Of a stretch of 64,000 bases of DNA, positions 14,001 to 26,425 are shown in pieces. A program made the translations under genes and the position numbers. Origin of the DNA: Magallana gigas. Taxonomy: Eukaryota. Position 1 is the stretch's first letter, and each line of letters begins with the position of its first letter. The stretch spans positions 22,258,001 through 22,322,000 of the forward strand of contig NC_088859.1 of NCBI RefSeq assembly GCF_963853765.1, in the 5' to 3' direction. The notes under the pieces are model-generated. The model was given only the letters and a program-made list of their open reading frames with translations. It was not told where the DNA came from and did no database searches.

Positions 14001-14522
14001 ACAATTAAAATTAAAGACTTTTCAGAGTGAAATGAGTGTACGTTCCACATACTTTTATGTGACGTTTTTGGTACATGTGAGTGTAGATAATCTGAGGATA
14101 TGATCTAGCATGTGACTGTTAACAGTGTAGACCAATGAAGGATATGATACACATTTGAAAGTTATAACTGTGCAGACAATCTAATTAACACTTGAATATG
14201 TCAAAATGTTACCTCTGTTGAAAACCTGAGAGTAAGACAGTTACACAGGACAAACTAACTTAAAAAGTGTAGACAATCAGTGGACACGATACTTAAACTA
14301 AACTATGAGATATCTGACTGATTTAAACAGCATGGATAATATGAGGATATAATGGGATGTGACAATGAGCACTGTAGACAATATCATCAATATGAGTATT
14401 TAATGGGATGTGACAATGAGCACTGCAGACAGTATCATGATGTGATACATGTACTTACATGTGATGGTAAACAGAGTAGAACACACAGTCCAGATGATGT
14501 ACTGGGGCAGCAGCTGATGCAT
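8052..14522 (-). CDS. EGF-family ligand precursor (TGF-alpha/HB-EGF-like; signal peptide, one EGF domain, TM, cytoplasmic tail), 190 aa
   Basis: Exons 14459-14522, 12990-13170, 11915-11976, 9440-9542, 9142-9193 and 8052-8162 all have GT-AG junctions and matching phases (573 nt). Protein: MHQLLPQYIIWTVCSTLFTITYG...CTQNETVSQGCLNGGTCFVMEFEEGHRTTHCYCKENYIGKTC...AAAIAASVVGIVLFVTVIVCILVLRKR...SETRV*. In-frame TGA just upstream of the ATG. Confidence 0.92.
8478..8896. mobile_element. MITE with TACTGT(A/T)GAAGCA termini (8478-8693) plus a 166-bp tandem duplication of its right part and flank
   Basis: tactgttgaagcagaaatattcg ... cgaaaatatgtgcttctacagta; duplicated unit starts at 8565 and 8731. Confidence 0.75.
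10330..10630 (+). mobile_element. TTAA-flanked (Kolobok-like) non-autonomous element fragment with a degenerate tRNA-like internal segment
   Basis: Start ttaaggtggttgggacacctccatattg is shared with 58279 (ttaaggtggtatggccacctacatattg). The family is recognised, not searched. Confidence 0.45.
13170..13530. repeat. Degenerate minisatellite (caaccatctacaac...agaacatt-like) in the EGF gene intron
   Basis: Recurrent caaccatcta / caatagaac motifs. Confidence 0.55.
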
Positions 14523-17500
14523 TCTTCACCTCTCCTCGCTCTGGTGTACACTCATTTGGATGTATCAGGATCTGAAGAGTAAAACAGTTATTAGTAATAA
14601 ATCAAAATTTTTTCATATATATTACTGTACTTTATTTGCAGCTTTATTCTAGGAATAAGGGGAGTTGAACAGTAATTCATCTCTAGTCATTGCAGGGGAT
14701 TTGATTTTGAAAACAAAATCCTCTTTGCAATATCTGATATACACACATGAGTATATCAATACTTTGTTCTATTCCATTATATCATACCAGTATCTGGCAT
14801 CTCCGTCGGATCATTTTCCAGATGAATTGGTAACATTTTAGAGTGATTTGTAATTGTTGAATGTAAAGTGATTATCAAACGGAATGCAATCTAAATCTGA
14901 CAAAAACTCTACTCCCACCAGTAGGTTTACTCAGGTCTATCATTCATTACCTGACATTCATATTTCTGCTGAATTAAATCATGATGATCGAGATAAATAT
15001 CAGTGCAACATTAAAAAAAAATGTGGGTTTTTTTAATAACTTAACAAATTTTGAAATTTTTATTTTGAGAAGGAAAATGATTTAGTAATATAGATCACTT
15101 AAATTAAGGCATATGCTGTGATACTTATGGGATTAAATGCTATATGTTTTTGAGAAAATTAATCATTTTACAGTTACATAAAATTTTAATCTCGTACTTT
15201 TGTTCAGAAAATGCACTATGTGTGTTACATATCAAAATATTGGATTCATTGTTAAAAACTATATTATTTTGTACATCTGATTTTATATAAAAAGTTTGAA
15301 ATGTTGATCTGCAGACTAATTTAAGACTAGCAAGATCCAATGCCAAATGAATATAGACACAGTGCAAATTTCACAAACAATATACATGTAGTTTCCATCT
15401 CAATATTTGCAATGAGAAAAACTTTGTCATTGCATTAGATTAAAATATTGCTCATGCATTGTTCAAATTGTTTCTATTAATTAAGACCAAGTGTACGTTA
15501 TATTTGGCTATAGCATACAGGAAGACAATAATGACAAAAGTGGACAGGCCTGATCTCAGAAGTCAATTAATACAGTCACACAATACTAATATTTTAAATG
15601 CTCCTTGAGTTAATAGACCAAAAGATTCTTGATTCTAAAAAAATAACCAGGAAGAAATTAATTCTGTCGACATCATGTAGGTTACAAACCAATTTAAAAT
15701 TCATGAGAAATATCCAACTTTTCAACAACAACAAAAAATGAACTACCGTATTCTATTTGCAGGTACAGGTATTAGCAAATTGATATTTTTATCTTTTAGA
15801 TTGAAGCATTTTGTAGAATGATGTGTACTTGGCAAACACTGTCTACTTGATTGCTTCCTCCCTGCCCAGGGGCTGTGACTGTCTGATAACGCCCCCACAT
15901 ACCCACACCACATATCATCTAATCCGACTGCCTACACAGTCCACAGAATGTGTGGCTCTTACAGGGATCACATGCTGGGTTAAACTGATTCAAACAAGCA
16001 TATAGATTTCACAAACAAATTTTGATAAAACTCAGTCTGCGTAACATTCTTTATACTCATTTCAGAAAATTGCGTTAATGAAATCGCAAAATCCTCCCAC
16101 TGCATCATCTCAAGTTACCGTATAACTTTCAATAGTTACTCAATTTAGTTACAAAAATACAAAATGTACCTTAAATTAGGTATTACAATTGTATAGCTTT
16201 GGATTTTACCAAACTTGACTCTAGCATTTGATTAAGTACTTCAGTACTACTCCGGTATATCCATGAAGGTATATCTTGTACCAAAAGAAAAGTATATATG
16301 TATTTATCTAATGTTCCTTATCACTGGATTTAACATAGACACTATAAGCACAACAATAGTGACTTTCTTGCAATGTCTCTATTTCCTTTAGCCCCCCCCC
16401 CCCATTCCTTTTTTTTTATCTGCATGAAGCAATTTCCAACTATAAACCATACATGCAATTTACTGATAAGTAGCATATGAATGAAAACAGTTACACTTGC
16501 AGTTGCTGTTGTAAATAATCAAAAATTATTTTCTCCAAGAAAATATTACAAATATCAAGAACACCAATTTTTATGTTCAAGTATTGAAAAAGAGCTTGGG
16601 AGGTCACTTAAATACTGCAGGTTTATATGGCTCCTTTCTATTTTGACTCGATATATAAATCTGTTCTTCTTGTGTTCAAAACTGTAAACTATACATCGCT
16701 GAAATCTAATGATGTGTGTACAGACCAAGTGTAAATGATTTCAATAAATGAAAGTGGAGAGGACAGCATTCACAGGAGACCACAAGGAGTACCGACTGTT
16801 ACGCATCAGTTCACTTCTGGTGAGGAAGCCTAACATCTGCAATTTAGCCATTGAATTAATATTCATAGGAAAACAACAAGGTCTTTTACACAATCAAAAA
16901 CTCTTCCTTGTTAATAGAGCAAGTTCTAACAGGATCCTCAATAACCATCATTAAGATAGGACTGGAAATAAAATGACCAACATAATTGAAATAGAGAAAT
17001 TGATTTGATCCATAAATAGTTTATAAGCTTAGGCATGGTGTCAGAGCACAAAATTAAGTCCCTCCGAACTGAACGAGCAACGTCAGGACGAAAGACAAAA
17101 ATCCTGCTAAACAGCAACATGACTGAAAGACGTTTGCCTGAGTCTAATGCTTTAATTAACTCTGTAATTGCTCCAATCAATCACAGTAATTAGGCTTTGA
17201 TCGACTCTCAGAAGAATGAAAGTGCAACTATGGATTTGTTACAGTTTTTGATGCTAAATTATAAATTAAATGGTTCTCATTAGGTTTGAAATAAAATTCT
17301 TTTCTCTCCATGCATCACAAAACTTTTCATCAAAGACAGCTGGAGCAATTGCATATTTACTTATTACTGTGTAATCTGCAGTATATAAAATTTCTCAGAA
17401 TCTGAATATAATTAAATTTAAGGCTGTCAAAAACTTAAAAACTCATCACATTAAAGGCATGGTGCATTTACTGTAGCTATCCTTCCGCATAAAAATGATA

Positions 17501-17602
17501 ATGCCATTGCATCACATATATTGCACAACAAACTCATGTGATGTGCAAATTCAACAAAACGATATTGTGATGCCCGAGTTTAGCTTGCTGAGCTTCACTT
17601 AC

Positions 17603-17750
17603 CTGCAGCTAATTCCATCTCTATCTCTGGGTTTGCGATCACCCTGCCTTTCTGATCCACAATGACCCAATCAATATAGAGGTGGCTTGATTTCCTATAC
17701 CTTCGCAGTCAGCAAGTTCACACATTCTGTGGTTACTCAACTATCTCCTT
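17603..17750 (-). other. Candidate 5'-UTR exon of the EGF-family gene
   Basis: Consensus donor CAG|GTAAGT at 17603/17602. The ATG exon starts at an acceptor (14571), so an upstream UTR exon is needed. A second candidate exon lies at about 20991-21077. Confidence 0.35.
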
Positions 17751-20700
17751 TCTATTGCCAACTCATAAATAGTTTGCTTTCTGTCTAAATGATGCTCTAA
17801 TTAACAGTGGGCTGCTGATTGCTCCTCAAAGCATCTGCTTGTATTCATTAACATATAGGTACTGGTATCGACATATATACATACCAGTACAATATACTAG
17901 TATGTTGGACATAATGAATATATAGGTACAATGGTTTTGGGGTTACGTTTACTTAAAACAACAATACAGGTGCCAGTCTGTATACAAGCAATGCTTTTAT
18001 CTCTAGATCATAAAAAGGAGAGTGTTATAAATTTCCATTTACACATCTTTGTGGTTGGTTGTGACCAATTTGCAAGATATAGATGAAATTGTTTATTAAT
18101 TTTGATATGTTGAGCTTATCATTTTAGTGGTACATGTATGTCTTTATCGATTGACAAGTATGTATACATGTATACTAAAAAAAAATTGTTTAAATACTGC
18201 ATCATCTGTTGCTTTTTAGTATGCTTTCAGCCAAAGAGCTTCAACGCTAAGTAATATACACTGTACTTTGTGAGCTAGGGTAAATTCACCCAGACTAGTG
18301 AATGCAAAGTGTTCAATTTAATTAGCATGTGAAACATCCTTTATAGTGAATAGTTTGTTTATTTGTCATTCTCATGCCCCCCCCCCCCCTTCCTTTTAAG
18401 CTCTCTCTATATGATCTGACTTTTATCTTAATCAAGAAATTATTTCTGCTCTTTCAAACAGATTCAATCACCAAAATCAAACAGAAAGTCAAGCCAATTA
18501 AAGTTAGATTTCCTGATTTGCTTGCGTATATCAATGAATGCCTTTAGAATCTTTATATCACCTCATCTATGGGGTCATGGTCTAGTTTCATTCTTTAAGG
18601 ACATTTATTCAATGCTTCATTGAATGCCATGGTAAGTAATAGATAAATATAGAGCTTAGGGGTACTTCATGCTACCAAACATTGAATCTATCACATAACA
18701 TTATAATCTATTGAATTTTAAACCATGTCATTAGGTTGTGCATGACTAGACTTGGTCACACAATGATATATCCACAGTCTTTCTATACTGAGGGTTGTTA
18801 TATAATGCATAGATAATGTTATGTTCTCGGGAGTACCACCCCCACCACAATTACAGGTACCTTGAAAATACCCTCTGTCTTCAAAATCCAGTGTGACCAC
18901 AAAAAATGTAGAAAATGTAAACTATGTGGGTGAGGAAATCTTCAGATGAGTATACATGCATCATTGTAAAACTTGTCTCACCTTGGTTTAGATTAGATAT
19001 AATGAATTCCAGAAATCCTTCTGTCTACTTGATCCTCAAAGGTTTGCAATGAATCAGTCAATGTTGATCAGACGTCCTACAAAGAAAACAGTGCATTGTT
19101 ACTATTTAGATGGTTCAAAGCAGTGCATGCAAAAGGTCACCTAATTACAGAGACAATTCATCTGACAGTTCAAAGGTAATTAATCCTGTCATCTAATCAC
19201 TCAGTCCTAATTACTGGCAATAATTAGCTTAATTGTTAAAACCACAACACGTACATGTATGGTCACTTAATTCTGCTGTTAAGTTGATGAATAGGCATTT
19301 AGTAATACTTTGTTTCCTAAATGATAAAAAATAAGATGCCATTCAATAGATTGCATAATTCTAGATAGCATTCAGATACTGGAAAGGAATTTAGGGAAAA
19401 AGGAATGGCATTTTATGATTAAACAGAATGCAGAATTCACATATGAAAAGATTGGATACTGCCCAAAGGTATTATAAAGATGGAAAAAAGAGATAGAACA
19501 TTTGGGGAATGTTTCATTCACATATAATACTGAACTTCAAACAAAGCATTAACACAATATCAAGTAAATCAATGAGACATTAAAGCTTACGGCGAATGAA
19601 ATATACCATGATCCTCACATACCAAATCCGTGATTCAAGTTACTCCATAGTTCCAGGAATAACATGGGAGCTAGTTGATATTTTCATGAATTCCCGTGAA
19701 TAAATCAAGAAGTTTGTAAAGAACACTCACTGAAGATGCACCATTAATTCCATCAATTATTAAACACAAACTCGAGAGTAACATGTGCTTGGCACATCTC
19801 CATGACAAAGTGTACAACTTGCTACCTGTTCCGACCATGTGCACACCCTGCCGTTTGATTTACTCCTCAGCATAATGATAACAGACAAGTGAAAATCTAA
19901 TGAATGAGAGCTATAGTAGCTAAGGGAACTCATTTAATTACCTTTGAAAAAAACCAGCTAAATATATAGTCCTTCATTGTCTGAAATCATTTTTTGATCA
20001 TATACATTTGTAATGACTGGTTTATCAATGACAGACCCATATTATACTAGCTGGTATAACTACAATAGTGGTATGTAAGTAATTTGATCTCTTCACCAAA
20101 AGGAAGTAAATGTAATTATCCAGGACAAGCCAATAGTTTCTCAATTAGAAAAGCATTGTAATAATTTAAAGTCTAGGACAACTTTCTGTGTTCTGTTGGG
20201 TACCAGTATAGAATCGATGGGTTGTTATGATCATAAATCTCTTCACAACTTAATGCCCACAAATATGTGTATACAGCTTTCAATCTAAATGTAAATATAA
20301 AATAAATTCATGCACTGTAGAGCTTAGATTTAAATTTATATTTGCGTAAAGGACATGTAACAGCTATAGAAGACTTATCAGATTGTATTTGTCCATTCAT
20401 TCATCTGAATAATGGGTCTTATATTCAACTGTAGAGAACTAGATGAAAAAATGTCTCTGTGAAAACCCACATTCACATAATTTAACTGTACTGCCACTAT
20501 CATTTGACATTCTTGAAATAGTTGAGGTAAGGTTTCTGACAAACCTGCATTTAATGCTTACACAGGTATGTGTATACTACACCTGGACCAGGTTTACACT
20601 TGTTCACAGACAACAGGCATACACATGTTAAGGTGAAAATCAAATACTGTACCTTTTGGACAGTCATGAGCAGTCATATCCACACGATTTATACCATTTT

Positions 20701-23479
20701 TTTTTTTTACGTATATATCACAACCCTTTAAGTTCCAATTAGGTCAACACCACACAAATAGTACTGTTGCTGTCCAATGAATTCTTATGAAAGAAAAGTA
20801 ATCCGAAAGGAAGGTCATTCATAAAATAAGGACACCATGCTTCTCAACAAGCCAGCACTGGGACAAGTTTCATTTACGCCTATATTGAGGTCAATATCAT
20901 CTCCTTCTATAGTCAGGTGGACCGAGGCAGCCATGCATGTTGTACTGTACAACAGAGGTCTTATCTGACAAACCTAGGCCCAGTCTTACCTTTAAATGAT
21001 ATATTGTCTTGTTTGTTTTCCCACAAGGTTGTCCCGAGTTGACTATATAATATGAGATTCTTGAACTTGACCAAGCTGAAAAAAAAAGGAATCAAACTTT
21101 TGAAAAAAGACATGCATGCACACCTCTTTTAAATAATAATTGTTATCCTTAGATATTATAAGTTGTTTATATTGATTAGTCATTTTAGTTTATCTTGGTG
21201 ATTTAAGAATGATACAACCAATCTTTAATTTTCACATCTGAGTTAATGACCAATGGTAATTAATACTATTTTTCTTTTAATTTGCAAGATTAAAAATCAT
21301 TCAATTAATTTCACACTGATATGAATGAAATAATTCAGAGCATTGTTAATATTTACCTTGTACTTTAAAAATAGTACATATAACATATATATGAACCTAT
21401 AGTTCAGGGAGAGCACGGAGAGGGGAAAGGAATTTGTTGCAAGTGACAAGCAGGAAAAAGCCACCCAAGTAGATTGAAGATTGAAAGTGGGTCCAATTCA
21501 AACATAAGCACAGTGAACGACCGAGACACGTGCATTGTCATCGCTACAGTACCACACCGTTACATTCCTTCATCATGAATCTTAAATCGGGGGCTAAAAC
21601 TGCAAGAGGCTTTGTGGGTTTATCTGGAAGATGTCACTGACACCCTATATCAATCTCAGTTCATTTACAATGAATTTTAGGAAACCATTTCAAAGAAATT
21701 AAAATTTGTGTGTCAGTAATTCTTACAATTCATTTTTTATTTTTTATTGATCAATCTTGATTGAAAATAAACATTTTTTTCAGTGAATCTAATTTAGGCA
21801 AATGTTTATGGTGCATCTAAAATAATTAAACTCACACAAGTTTCTTCGATAAATGATGACATGTATTTAATTGCATATGAGTATCTAACCTGTACAACAG
21901 GCAATAGACTAATTAATTAATACCTACTGTGGACTACACAAGAGAGCAGCGCTGGATTGTACAGAGTCTGTTAAGCCTACAGCTATTTAGCTTTAATAAC
22001 CACTACTTTTATCTTCCTAATAAAATTAGCTCCACCCACGACTGGCTTCGTGTTTGAGAAGCATTTCCTTGGGCATTACGTGCTCTAACATCACTCAAGA
22101 GGGTTTCCTCCATATTTAACCAAACAAACCTTGTATCCATACAAACCCTGATCTGTGGAATGTTTTAGTGTTCAGGCGCCAATCACTGCTGGTCTCCAAC
22201 CGTTTATAAATACTTGGCAATTGAACTTCAGATTCATCCACGATGAGCCAATATATTTATCATTAATTTTTCAAAGCTGCATGGAATTTCACATATTTAA
22301 TACAAACATCTGACTTAAGTTCATCAGCACACTTAAAAATAAGCTAATATTTTAAAAAGTAATAAAGTTTTTGATTCAAATACCAGCCAATTACTTGGCA
22401 ATATGGTAATTTTCACTGTACTGTGTCTCAAGAGTTCCCATTTTCCCTTAGAAAAATTAGATGTTTAACATTCTTGCATTTAAAAATACATAATGATTAT
22501 ATAACAAACAAATAGATACATATTAATCATAAATAACACATAGACAAAAATTATTCAAAAAATCCTTACATCACCTACTAAATTAATAATATCAACATAC
22601 CAGATATTATTAGCTGCTGTTGAATATTATTTTAATTCAAAAATTCTGGTACAAACGATCAATCTAAAGATAGAAGTGTATAGTAATCTCTCTCTCTCTC
22701 TGGGTAATACCAGTACAAATGTTCTAGATCAATCATTGTCTATACGATCATTGAGTTTATATCCACACCAAGCATCAACAGCTCCTATTCCTAGTGGCTT
22801 ATGGGTACTGTGGTAAATGATACTTAACGTCTCAAATCCAAATGTCATTTGCCAATCTACTCTGATATAATAAAATTATTTTTCTACTTCAAAGATACCA
22901 TTTAATTGAATAACAGAGGAATAAAAATGAAGCCAAGATTTTGATCTTTTAGATACTGTCACTAAAGTAACAATGAGTAATTTCTATATAGCATATATCA
23001 AACCATAAATGCAATTCATAATATCATAATATCGCTGAGAGCTTAATGCATCTCAGTGGACTGGCTGCTTGATGTAGTGTTTGTATGTGTATTATCACAA
23101 TTCATACAGAAACATTCCTATTTACTGCAACCAATTTTAAATTTATTGGTTCATATGAATCATGCTAGCCTCACCATGAATCAGTCTATAACATACAAAA
23201 TTAAAGTTAATATTTTACAATATCTACACCAATATTAATTAAATTTAATACATTGCTATAAAACATGAAGTTAATATACAATAATTAATCTTCTTTTGCA
23301 ACACTGTGTGGGTATATATACATAAGGATCTTTTCAGATGACGAAATAATGCATGAATTTTGGTGTTGATCACTATTTTTTGTAACTCTCCAAACCTGTC
23401 TGAAGATTTCAAAACCATATTTATGTATATAATTAATTATTGTATGGGAAAACATTATGCAGGTGACCCATAGGGGATT

Positions 23480-23975
23480 CATGGATACTGTTTTGACACA
23501 ATATTGTATATCATATGTTGAAAAATAGTTTGAAAATCATATGATCATTTCATACAGTATTGTAAGATACAATGTTTATCAATAAAATAATTAAAAAAAA
23601 AGATCTTGCATCCTATCATACTAGTATACAATATATGTCATATGATACAATATAATACAGTAATATATAATGACACAATATGATATTGAACATGAACAAA
23701 ATATCATACAATATAATATCATTATATACAATAACTATACATTATACTATCATATGATAAAATATCATATCACATAATACATCAAAATATTGTAACATAT
23801 AATATTATATTGTGTGATATTGTATTGTATGCTATTGTATCAAATATAAATCATTCTTCATATGATTTGCATTAAATGATAAAATATAATAATTGTATGA
23901 CAAAACATTGTTATCATTTCATGATATCGGGTGAACTATTTATGTATCAAATAATACAATATCATAATATACAAT
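23480..23975. repeat. Degenerate pentamer array (inverted homolog of 5590-5990)
   Basis: atcatatgataaaatatcatatcacataatacatca at about 23750 matches the reverse complement of 5598-5635. Confidence 0.7.
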
Positions 23976-24410
23976 ACTATTACTTATTAGGTTTGTTACT
24001 GACTCACTACAGAAATATATGGGGTTGATCAATCTCATAGATGGTGATCGAGGCGAAGCCAAGCCGTCTATGATCAACCCCATATATTCTGTAGTGAGTC
24101 AGTAACAAACCTAACAAGTGTTTTGTTTTCCCGAGGACTATCAAGTGACACATTTATTCACAAAAGCGATGATCTACGCAAACCCATCTATACAAGTTCC
24201 CTAACATCTCGTCCAATTTAACTCATTTATACTCTTCAAAATATTAACCTCACCTTTTAAATACTCTTTGAAAATCTTCGCTTCACTAATGTTTTCTTAC
24301 AATGTTTTGTTGCTATTCAATTTTAAAGGTTTCTTCCCTTTCCTCTGCAGAGATTTGAGCAAATCTCGAAGCTGCCATTTTGTTCACAACACAACAATGT
24401 GACGTCGATA
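23975..24410 (+). mobile_element. Palindromic element, family B, copy 2 (hairpin 23982-24119, loop with GCGAAGC at 24053-24059)
   Basis: Homologous to 5200-5580 with a few internal insertions. Confidence 0.8.
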
Positions 24411-25166
24411 TTCAAAGGGCAACTACTCTAATTTTAAAGAATTTTAAAGGGCAACTACTCTAAATATTTTAAGAACTTACGGAACACGGTTTCTGTGTTA
24501 AATAATATGAAATGTCGAGTAGGCGAAGCGGCGGCCAATGACGGCCATATTGCCTAATATTAATCCTCATCGAACCTACATAGAGATATATGAGGCAATC
24601 ACGTGCTATGTTTAAACCAATCAAAGTGTGGCATTTCAGTCCGAGGGAAAACAAAGTATCATATGATACAACATTATATATCACATGATAAATCATAATA
24701 AGTCAATAATGAAGTGTTTTTGGAAAAATTAATAATTTTAATTGCTTGATGTCAGTCAAATACATGTATATCTACGTTACATATATATAAATACCATAGA
24801 TAACATTATCGGCTTAAAAAGCTTAGCGGTAACGCGTTGGGCTTTAAGCTGGAATGATTTTAGCGTCGTGAGTTTGAAACCCGATGTTGGCGATTGGAAG
24901 ATTTTCATTGAAAACAGTTGCCGTGCTCTATTTTGGCATAGTACGCATACACTATATATAAATCCTTTGATACTATGCGAAAATAGATGAGTATTGAATA
25001 TATAGTGACAAACTGACAGGAGACATAATAAATAACAATATCATATGAAACAATACCATTTGAGACAATAATGTATAATACAATATCAAATTATACAATA
25101 TTGTATCTCATAAAACAGTGGCTAAACATATCATACATTACTATATAATAGAAATTATGTTATATA

Positions 25167-25467
25167 ATTTAAGAACAGACACATCTATCAAGCAAGTTTG
25201 AGTGAGTGCAACAAAATCTTTAACATGCTCCAAAACTTTAACCTCCTCCAGCATCTGAAATTCATGGCCCAGATTCAGCATCCAAGTATATCAAGTCCAT
25301 AAGTACGGTAGGTCCAGATGCATCATCCATGCAAGTTTGGTGAGGATAAGACAAGTAATAACCTAGATACAGGACCTGTAACAAAAACTTAAACCAGGTC
25401 CGGACGCCAATGCGGACACCGATGCCGTGGGTATAGCTCCACCGACTTCATCTCCGTGAGCTAAAAA
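25167..25467 (+). mobile_element. Helentron/HINE-like 3' fragment ending in agctc...gagctaaaaa hairpin
   Basis: Terminal gctccaccgacttcatctccgtgagctaaaaa resembles bivalve HINE ends; inverted relative at 4560-4876. Confidence 0.6.
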
Positions 25468-26425
25468 TGAGAGAATGTGTTCCACTGGATAAACTATCCA
25501 ATAATTGAACTAATATAGAATGTTTTGATGTTTAAAAAATATCCATATATCAGCTCCAAGACACACAAGACGTTCCTCACTTTTAGATAATTTTCTTGAT
25601 ATATTTTCTTCATTTGCATTTAAACCTGTTACCATAATGCCCAAAAATTCAAGGTGCATTACAAGGAAATTTTTGGAGGTAGAATACATGTAGTTCGGAT
25701 TTTCTTAATAGCATGCAAAATGCAATTGAATGCTTATTATAATAATAAAGTCATAGTATATATTTTCAATTGAAACTCTATTTCCAAGTAGAAAAATATT
25801 ATATAACACGAAAAATATAATTATGGAATGACATAGTGGAAATCTTCACATATAGCAGAGATAAGTAGAAATTAATGGAAAATAGGTCGCATTTGACCTA
25901 ATATTTTTCAATTTGATATTGCTGATTTATTGAAAATATTATTGAAGTTATATTTGATAAAACAAGCAACAAAAAAAAAGATCAGTTATCTCTCTTTGTG
26001 TCACCTTGTGAAATCTCACTAATATATATATATATGTGAATGTAATTGAAAAAGGATTAAGGTAGGGTGGTTAAATAATAAAAATGTGTGTGTGTGTGCA
26101 TTTGTGTGTTTCATCATATAAATCTGTTTCTATCCCATGCAACTTACACAATAGAAAATTTTTGGCTCATAATATTCTTTTTTATTCAATATTTAATATT
26201 AAGCGGACAAGTCAAAGAAGAGATTTAAAAACATATATATAATTATAAATACAAATAATGTTAAAAAAGGAAAAAAAATCCTCCATAATTTTGCATGACT
26301 ATTAATAAATGTACGACAAAATTTCCCTTAAATGCAAATATAAAACATAACACTTTTAAATCCTCTTATTGACAATAAATTTATTCAAAATCTTTTAACA
26401 CCGAGTACAAATCTTTTGTTACAGT

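Noticed and set aside
16930-18640. Traces of very old LINE sequence (also about 22000-22300)
   Set aside because: Too degenerate to assign or delimit by eye.
24815-24895. tRNA gene
   Set aside because: Boxes are degenerate and no complete cloverleaf could be folded; kept only as a possible SINE head.
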